Position numbers and translations under genes: made by a program
The notes under the pieces: generated by a model
The model's database searches: none
Told to the model about the DNA's origin: nothing
The model's input: only the letters and a program-made list of their open reading frames with translations
In this document: piece after piece, positions 9,209-14,472 of the stretch
How the letters are laid out: each line of letters starts with the position of its first letter
Numbering within the stretch: position 1 is the first letter of the stretch
NCBI RefSeq assembly: GCF_014192285.1
Contig: NZ_JACHXQ010000010.1
Coordinates: forward strand, 106,098 to 130,097
Source of the DNA: Halomonas fontilapidosi
GTDB taxonomy: Bacteria; Pseudomonadota; Gammaproteobacteria; Pseudomonadales; Halomonadaceae
Length of the DNA stretch: 24,000 bases
Direction: 5' to 3'

Positions 9209-10261
9209 ATGAAGACGTTCCACAAGACTCCGCTTGCCATTGCCGTCGCCACACTCATGGTAGCGCCCTATGCGCTGGCTCAGGGAGACGGCAACAAGTT
9301 CGATACCAACAGCACCATCGATTCAGAACTCGATAACTCGATCGATGTCGATATCGACCATGCAACCAACAGCGACAGCGACTTCTATACCAGCGTGTTC
9401 ACGTTGAGCGTCGCGGATAACTATGCCGGTGCCACGGTCGACAGCAAGCAGCTGATCGATGGTAACTCTGTTACCAATGATGGCTCGGAGAACGACGCAA
9501 CGATGGGCGGTGACTCCTTGTCCGGCTCCTCGGGCAACATCGGTGCCAACGTGGCCGCCGGCGACAGCAACAGCCAGGCCAACGATGCGGCACTGGCCTC
9601 GTCGGACGCCGCGGAGGTATTCGGCCAGGCCGAAGCCTATTCCGCCCAGTCGGCCTCCGGCAATAGGGTCAGCAATATCGGCAGCTCCAATTCGGCCCAG
9701 CTGGGTGGCAACTCGCTGCAGGGCGCTTCCGGCAATATTGCGGCCAACGTTGCCGCCGGTGTCGGGAACGCCCAGCAGAACTCGCTGGCAGTGACGGAAA
9801 ACAGCGTCTCCGGCGATGCCAATGCCACCTCGGCTGGCGTCCAGTCAACCTATGGCAATGCCACCACCAACAGCCCAGTGAGCCGTGAGACGGGTGGCAC
9901 CGCCGAGGTTGATTATGACGTGACGCTGGATGCCAGTGGCCTGGTCATGCAGCAGCAGGAGCCCGTTGTGGTGCCGCGTCACGATGCTGATGCGCATTCT
10001 GAAGGCGAGACAACCGAAGGGCACAACGATCTTGCCGGCCTGGCCTTCCAAGGCGTCGAAGGGTCTAAGCTCGAGATGACCGTCAGCGGTGAGGTCCCCA
10101 CAACGGGGCCGACCTATACCGACCATCGCAACGACGCCTCCCTGGACGGCAGCGCCCTCAGTGGGGCCAGCGGTAACGTCGGTGCCAACGTGGCGGCAGG
10201 GACCAACAACCTGCAGCGCAACTCTCTCTCCATCGCCTCGTCAAGTGCCGGCGACAGCTGA
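9209..10261 (+). CDS. fapC: FapC-like major functional-amyloid subunit with three imperfect ~35-aa repeats and two linkers
   Basis: An AGGAGGA Shine-Dalgarno lies 5 nt upstream. The Sec signal peptide is MKTFHKTPLAIAVATLMVAPYALA|QG. The three repeats share the core SGN(I/V)(G/A)ANVAAGxxNxQxN, the same motif I recall from the Pseudomonas FapC repeats (SGN[IV]G[AV]N[IV]AAGxGNQQxN). Linker 1 is short and linker 2 is long, as in FapC. Confidence 0.85.
   Translation: MKTFHKTPLAIAVATLMVAPYALAQGDGNKFDTNSTIDSELDNSIDVDIDHATNSDSDFYTSVFTLSVADNYAGATVDSKQLIDGNSVTNDGSENDATMGGDSLSGSSGNIGANVAAGDSNSQANDAALASSDAAEVFGQAEAYSAQSASGNRVSNIGSSNSAQLGGNSLQGASGNIAANVAAGVGNAQQNSLAVTENSVSGDANATSAGVQSTYGNATTNSPVSRETGGTAEVDYDVTLDASGLVMQQQEPVVVPRHDADAHSEGETTEGHNDLAGLAFQGVEGSKLEMTVSGEVPTTGPTYTDHRNDASLDGSALSGASGNVGANVAAGTNNLQRNSLSIASSSAGDS
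9497..9601 (+). repeat. FapC-like repeat R1 (coding)
   Basis: ATMGGDSLSGSSGNIGANVAAGDSNSQANDAALAS. Confidence 0.8.
9695..9799 (+). repeat. FapC-like repeat R2 (coding)
   Basis: AQLGGNSLQGASGNIAANVAAGVGNAQQNSLAVTE. Confidence 0.8.
10136..10240 (+). repeat. FapC-like repeat R3 (coding)
   Basis: ASLDGSALSGASGNVGANVAAGTNNLQRNSLSIAS. Confidence 0.8.
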
Positions 10262-10306
10262 TCCTGCTCGCCAGCGCTTGGCAGCACGGCGATGCTGCAA
10301 CCCAAT

Positions 10307-10336
10307 CCCGGCCTGCTTCGGCAGGCCGGGTGTTCT
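10307..10336 (+). terminator. Intra-operon stem-loop after fapC-like (partial terminator / mRNA 3'-end stabiliser)
   Basis: A perfect 10-bp GC-rich stem, CCCGGCCTGC (10307..10316) pairing with GCAGGCCGGG (10321..10330), closes on a TTCG (UUCG) tetraloop and is followed by TGTTCT. It lies in the 107-bp fapC-fapD gap. A second 6-bp hairpin, GCAGCA-N6-TGCTGC, sits at 10281..10298. Confidence 0.5.
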
Positions 10337-10368
10337 ACCCCAGACGAGAGTGAGTCGAGGAGTCGCTC

Positions 10369-11073
10369 ATGCCAACCCGCCATCGATTCGCGCTAGGGGC
10401 CGTACTCCTGGGGCTCTTGCTCCCCTTTCTCGATGCTCAGGCAGCCAGTATGCGTCTGGGCAATGTCATGTCCGGCACGATGATCCATAAGGATGTCCAG
10501 TCCATCCGTGAACGTCGCTTCGAGAATATCGTCGAGCAGAAGACGGACTTCTCCTGTGGCGCGGCCTCGTTGGCCACCATTTTCCGGTATGCCTACCAGA
10601 AGCCCTCCGTCACGGAGGAGAGTGTCCTGGCTGGCATGCTCGAGGTCGCGGACCCCGAGCTGGTTCGTCAGCAAGGGTTTTCGCTGCTGGACCTGAAGCA
10701 CTACGTGGAGGAACTGGGCTATCGCGGCCGGGGGTACGAGGTGGCACCGCAAACCCTGGATGAGGTGTCGATCCCGGTCATCGTGCTGCTGGACCTGGAG
10801 GGCTACAAGCACTTCGTGGTGATGAAGAAGGCTAGCGGTGATCGTGTCTACGTGGGGGATCCGGCCCTTGGCAATCGCGTCATGGATCGCGAAGCGTTCA
10901 TGGACGCCTGGAACAACATCATTTTTGCCGTCGTCGGCGAGGGATTCGATCCGGGCACGGTACTGCTGGATCCACGGCAGCCGTTGACGGCACATCGCAT
11001 GCAGGATGTCTTCGCCCCGGTACCGAAGCAGAAGCTGCTGGATTTCGGTTTTCGTCATGCCGACCTCTTCTGA
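10369..11073 (+). CDS. fapD: FapD-like periplasmic cysteine peptidase, family C39 (stand-alone, Sec-exported)
   Basis: A GAGGAG Shine-Dalgarno precedes the start. The signal peptide is MPTRHRFALGAVLLGLLLPFLDAQA|AS. The C39 catalytic signature is intact: Gln57 and Cys63 in EQKTDFSCGAASLATI (Cys codon tgt at 10555..10557), and His148 and Asp164 in YKHFVVMKKASGDRVYVGDPALG. Confidence 0.85.
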   Translation: MPTRHRFALGAVLLGLLLPFLDAQAASMRLGNVMSGTMIHKDVQSIRERRFENIVEQKTDFSCGAASLATIFRYAYQKPSVTEESVLAGMLEVADPELVRQQGFSLLDLKHYVEELGYRGRGYEVAPQTLDEVSIPVIVLLDLEGYKHFVVMKKASGDRVYVGDPALGNRVMDREAFMDAWNNIIFAVVGEGFDPGTVLLDPRQPLTAHRMQDVFAPVPKQKLLDFGFRHADLF

Positions 11074-11120
11074 CCCCAGCGGGCCTGCAGGGGCTATCAG
11101 CCGAACAGGGGGTGACGATC

Positions 11121-11921
11121 ATGTTCAAGAAAGCGTGGCAACGTAATTGCAAGAAGGCAGGCCTCACGGCCTTGCTGGCGGTTTCCACGACGGGATTGGC
11201 GGCACCGGCCGAGGCCGCCACCTCGGACTTTGATGCCTTTACATCGAGCCGCGAGCTGAGTGATGCCGAGCTCGGACAGCAACGAGGACGGTTCGTCGAC
11301 AAGGGCAGCCTGATGTTCTTCGGGGTGCAGGTAACCAGCGAGTGGCGGACGTCCCACGGCGAGCACCTGGTGGCCCAGGGGGACTTGAGGGGGGATCTCA
11401 GCGGCGCAACACCCCGCGTGAGTTTTCAGCCGCGGATCACCGCAGTAGCGGCGGATTCCCTGGCCTCGGATGGCCTTGCGGGCAATGGTGCCACCGTCGT
11501 GGATGCCGGTACCGGCAACGCCGGCGGCGTGGTGCAGACCATCCAGGCGGCCGGGGATTTCAACGCCGCCGCCAACGACCTGCAGATCGATGTGCTCGAC
11601 GCCGCCGATGCCTCAGCTCCCCAGGGAGGGGGCGCTGCGAGCGGAAGCGCCGTCGAGCAACGGCTGGCATCCGGCACGCGAGTCTCGGTCAGCAATGGAC
11701 CCCAGGGCATGGGGGTTTCACTGGATGTCCCGGGCATGGGTCGCGTCAAGCAAGCCGTCGTTCCGAGTCAGGGGCTCCGTCAGTCGATCCAGTTGAGCAG
11801 TGACTTCCAGCAGGTGCGCAACCTTACGCGACTACAGCTCTATATGGGGGAGCGCGGTGCGAAGGCCGATGCGCCAGGCGTGCGCCGTGCCGTCCGCTCG
11901 GCGCGTCCCCTGGCTCCTTGA
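11121..11921 (+). CDS. fapE: FapE-like secreted protein (putative minor fibre component)
   Basis: The track ORF starts at the GTG at 11112. I prefer the ATG at 11121, which has a CAGGGGG Shine-Dalgarno about 8 nt upstream. The signal peptide is MFKKAWQRNCKKAGLTALLAVSTTGLAAPAEA|AT. The protein contains one segment resembling an amyloid repeat (see findings). The assignment rests on operon position, size and that segment. Confidence 0.6.
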   Translation: MFKKAWQRNCKKAGLTALLAVSTTGLAAPAEAATSDFDAFTSSRELSDAELGQQRGRFVDKGSLMFFGVQVTSEWRTSHGEHLVAQGDLRGDLSGATPRVSFQPRITAVAADSLASDGLAGNGATVVDAGTGNAGGVVQTIQAAGDFNAAANDLQIDVLDAADASAPQGGGAASGSAVEQRLASGTRVSVSNGPQGMGVSLDVPGMGRVKQAVVPSQGLRQSIQLSSDFQQVRNLTRLQLYMGERGAKADAPGVRRAVRSARPLAP

Positions 11922-12082
11922 GGAACCCTGAATCCGTGGATGGCTGGTCTACACACCGTCCGGGGTGAACGATAGGGTAGGAGAGTGCAGGCCACTGGTC
12001 GTGCCGGAAGAGGGGCGCGGCCAGTGTCGCTTGGCAGGAAGCTTCGGACCAATGATTTGATGAGCACACAGCGAGGTCATTC

Positions 12083-13141
12083 ATGCGGGATACGGCATCA
12101 CTCTTTTACGTTTCCATCGTGGCAGCATCGCTTGGAGCGGCATCGACGGCTCACGCCCAGATGGCCGATGACGAGGAAGAGGTGGTTCGCGAAGCCAGGC
12201 CCAGCAAGAGTGTCGAGAACGTCCTTCGCGAGGAGCATACCCTCTTCTCCGATCGGCTGACTATCGAGCCGGGCATCAACTACTCCTATTCCGATCGCTC
12301 TCAACTGGCCCTGCGGGGCTTTCTGGCTCTTGACGCCATCTTTCTGGGGGAGATCAGTGTCGATGCGGTCGAAAGCCACATCACGACTTTCGACCTGAAT
12401 ACCCGTTACGGCTTGACCGACCGGCTGGAACTCGGGGTGAACCTCCCCTTCGTTTACCGAACCAGTACGTACCAATCCATAGGTGATGATTTCTCTACCG
12501 AGAAGAACAGTGAGACATCCGTGGATGAAGCGGACCTCGGTGATATCAGCCTGTCACTCTCTTATCGGCTATTCCAGGAAACGGAGACCCGTCCCGATCT
12601 CGTCTGGAATCTTGGCGTGCGTGCGCCAACAGGCACCGATCCTTACGGGCTTGATGTGCGTCAGGACTCCAATACCAACCTGAATGTGCCCACGGAGCTG
12701 CCAACCGGTAATGGCGTATGGGGTGTCAACACCGGGGTATCGCTCCTCAAGACGCTGGACCCGGCCATCGTCTTTGCCAATCTCGGCTATACGTATAACT
12801 TCGAGGAGAGTTTTGATGATATCTCTGCGAGCGAAGGCAACCAGCCCGGGGATGTGAAGCTGGGGGATACCATTCGCGCTGGCTTCGGGACGGCCTTTGC
12901 GCTCAACGAGAACTTCAGCCTCTCGCTTTCCTACTCTCACGAATATATCCAGCAATCTGAAACAACCCAAGGCGGTGCTACCAGCAAAGTGGTCGGCAGC
13001 GACGCCAATGTCGGGGTGCTCAACCTGGGCGGGACCTACGCACTGGATGACAGCACCTCCATCGTCACCAGCCTGGGCGTGGGCCTCACCGACGATGCCT
13101 CGGACGTCAGCCTGACCTTCCGCATGCCCTTCCAGATGTAG
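12083..13141 (+). CDS. fapF: FapF-like outer-membrane beta-barrel secretion channel (Phenol_MetA_deg / PF13557-like barrel)
   Basis: A GAGG Shine-Dalgarno lies 6 nt upstream. The signal peptide is ...SIVAASLGAASTAHA|QMA. Most of the sequence shows the alternating amphipathic pattern of beta-strands (GINYSYS, LELGVNLPFVYR, GDISLSLSYRLF, GVNTGVSLLK, FANLGYTYNF, FSLSLSYSHEY, VGVLNLGGTYAL, VTSLGVGL, VSLTFRMPF), with an aromatic residue near the C-terminus. It is the last gene of the operon, as FapF is. Confidence 0.75.
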   Translation: MRDTASLFYVSIVAASLGAASTAHAQMADDEEEVVREARPSKSVENVLREEHTLFSDRLTIEPGINYSYSDRSQLALRGFLALDAIFLGEISVDAVESHITTFDLNTRYGLTDRLELGVNLPFVYRTSTYQSIGDDFSTEKNSETSVDEADLGDISLSLSYRLFQETETRPDLVWNLGVRAPTGTDPYGLDVRQDSNTNLNVPTELPTGNGVWGVNTGVSLLKTLDPAIVFANLGYTYNFEESFDDISASEGNQPGDVKLGDTIRAGFGTAFALNENFSLSLSYSHEYIQQSETTQGGATSKVVGSDANVGVLNLGGTYALDDSTSIVTSLGVGLTDDASDVSLTFRMPFQM

Positions 13142-13172
13142 ACGCCTCGGGAATCGATTACCCTGGGCTCAG

Positions 13173-13206
13173 GCAAGCCACCAACCTTGGTGGCTTGCTT
13201 GTTTTT
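13173..13206 (+). terminator. Rho-independent terminator of the fap-like operon
   Basis: There is a perfect 12-bp inverted repeat, GCAAGCCACCAA (13173..13184) and TTGGTGGCTTGC (13187..13198), followed by TTGTTTTT. A second hairpin follows immediately: TTTTCCCC (13203..13210) pairing with GGGGAAAA (13221..13228). Confidence 0.85.
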
Positions 13207-13351
13207 CCCCGCCCCCGGTAGGGGAAAAGCCGGCAGCAGGGTTCCGCTGCGTATCGATAGTCCCTGCCATGCTTCTGCCTGGCGCCTCGCCGCCCTGCGT
13301 CACAAGATGGCATAATGCCCGCCATCGACACCCTCGTGACGGACTCCCTGC

Positions 13352-13702
13352 ATGCTCAAGTGGCTGGCCATCGTGCTCATCATCCTGCTCGCGCTGCTGC
13401 AGTACCGGCTGTGGCTCGGCGAGGGCGGCATGCGCGAGCTTGCCGAGGTACGCCAGCGGGTGGCCGTGCTGGAGGAGGAGAACCAGCCGCTGCGCGACCG
13501 CAATGCGCGCCTGGCCGCCGAGGTGGTGGATCTCAAGACCGGCCTCGATGCCATCGAGGAGCGGGCCCGCAGCGACATCGGCATGGTGCGCACCGACGAG
13601 CAGTTCTTCTGGGTGCCCGGCGTGGCGGTGGAGACCACCGGCCTCGAGGTCAATGCCGGCCTGCTGGGCATGCCGGCCCCCGGCGCGGAGACGAGGCAGT
13701 GA
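13352..13702 (+). CDS. ftsB: Cell division protein FtsB
   Basis: The ORF is 116 aa, with an N-terminal transmembrane helix and a coiled coil. LLALLQYRLWLGEGGMRELAEVRQ...LDAIEERARSDIGMVRTDEQFF parallels E. coli FtsB (WLQYSLWFGKNG...ALEERARNELSMVKPGETFY). Confidence 0.9.
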   Translation: MLKWLAIVLIILLALLQYRLWLGEGGMRELAEVRQRVAVLEEENQPLRDRNARLAAEVVDLKTGLDAIEERARSDIGMVRTDEQFFWVPGVAVETTGLEVNAGLLGMPAPGAETRQ

Positions 13703-14454
13703 GCGGCCGCCTGTGGCTTGTGGTGCCCGCCGCGGGGCAGGGGCGACGCATGGGCGCCGACCGCCCCAAGCAGTACCTGCCGCTGGCCGGCCGGCCGGTG
13801 CTGGCGTGCACCCTGGCGCGCCTCCACGAGGCCTTCCCCGAGGCCCGGCTCTGCCTCTGTCTGGACGCCGAGGATGGCCACTTCGACCCGGCCTGGGTGC
13901 CCTTCGCCGACTGGCGTCGCGCCCCCGGCGGGGCCGAGCGGGTCGACTCGGTGGTCAACGCCCTGGAGGCCATCGCCCCGGAGGCCGAAGAGGACGACCT
14001 GGTGCTGGTCCATGATGTCGCCCGGCCCTGCGTCACCGTCGACGACCTGAGGCGCCTGCTGGCGGCCATTGCCGACGACCCCGTGGGCGGGCTGCTGGCG
14101 GCCCCGGTGGCCGATACCATGAAGCGCGACGATGGCGCCGGGCGGGTGCGGGCCACCGAGTCCCGCGAGGGGCTCTGGCATGCCTATACCCCCCAGGGCT
14201 TCCGCCATGGCCTGCTGTGTCGCGCCCTGAATGATGCGCTGGCGCGGGGTGTGGCCGTCACCGACGAGGCCTCGGCGGTGGAGGCGGTAGGCCTCTCGCC
14301 GCGGCTGGTCGGCGGGCGTCGCGACAACCTTAAGATCACCCATCCCGAGGACCTGGCCCTGGCCGAACTGGTGCTGTCGGCCCAGGCGCTGGCCGCCCAG
14401 ACGTCCTCGGTGACTCACCCCGAGGCGTCCCCGCATGGGACGAACGGAGCATGA
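13699..14454 (+). CDS. ispD: 2-C-methyl-D-erythritol 4-phosphate cytidylyltransferase
   Basis: The GTG at 13699 overlaps the ftsB TGA (GTGA). The N-terminus VSGRLWLVVPAAGQGRRMGADRPKQYLPLAGRPVL carries the IspD P-loop-like signature (PAAGxGxRM...PKQY). Later motifs include VLVHDVARP and KITHPEDL. Confidence 0.9.
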   Translation: MSGRLWLVVPAAGQGRRMGADRPKQYLPLAGRPVLACTLARLHEAFPEARLCLCLDAEDGHFDPAWVPFADWRRAPGGAERVDSVVNALEAIAPEAEEDDLVLVHDVARPCVTVDDLRRLLAAIADDPVGGLLAAPVADTMKRDDGAGRVRATESREGLWHAYTPQGFRHGLLCRALNDALARGVAVTDEASAVEAVGLSPRLVGGRRDNLKITHPEDLALAELVLSAQALAAQTSSVTHPEASPHGTNGA

Positions 14455-14472
14455 AGGGAGTATGAAACGCGC

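Noticed and set aside
8653-10240. Periodic ~100-nt repeats that could be mistaken for a CRISPR array or a non-coding tandem repeat.
   Set aside because: The repeats are imperfect at the DNA level and conserved at the protein level. They lie inside two long ORFs that have signal peptides and ribosome-binding sites, and the spacing between them is irregular. They are coding protein repeats.
12032-12047. TGGCAGGAAGCTTCGG in the fapE-fapF gap looks like a second sigma-54 promoter.
   Set aside because: The -24 half is fine, but the -12 element reads TTCG instead of TTGC, which destroys the essential GC dinucleotide at the correct spacing.
7997-13141. An alternative reading of the operon as a curli (Csg) system, or as a class II bacteriocin/RTX export locus.
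   Set aside because: Curli systems need CsgG/E/F and have the CsgA repeat S-x5-Q-x-G-x2-N-x-A-x3-Q, and none of these is present. Bacteriocin and RTX loci couple the C39 domain to an ABC transporter with a membrane-fusion protein, which is absent here, and this peptidase has its own Sec signal peptide. The gene order and repeat motif fit Fap instead.
6034-13351. Evidence for a mobile genetic element (integrase, transposase, tRNA attachment site, terminal inverted or direct repeats) at the borders of the lower-GC block.
   Set aside because: None was found on either strand. The block can only be described as compositionally distinct, not as a defined mobile element.
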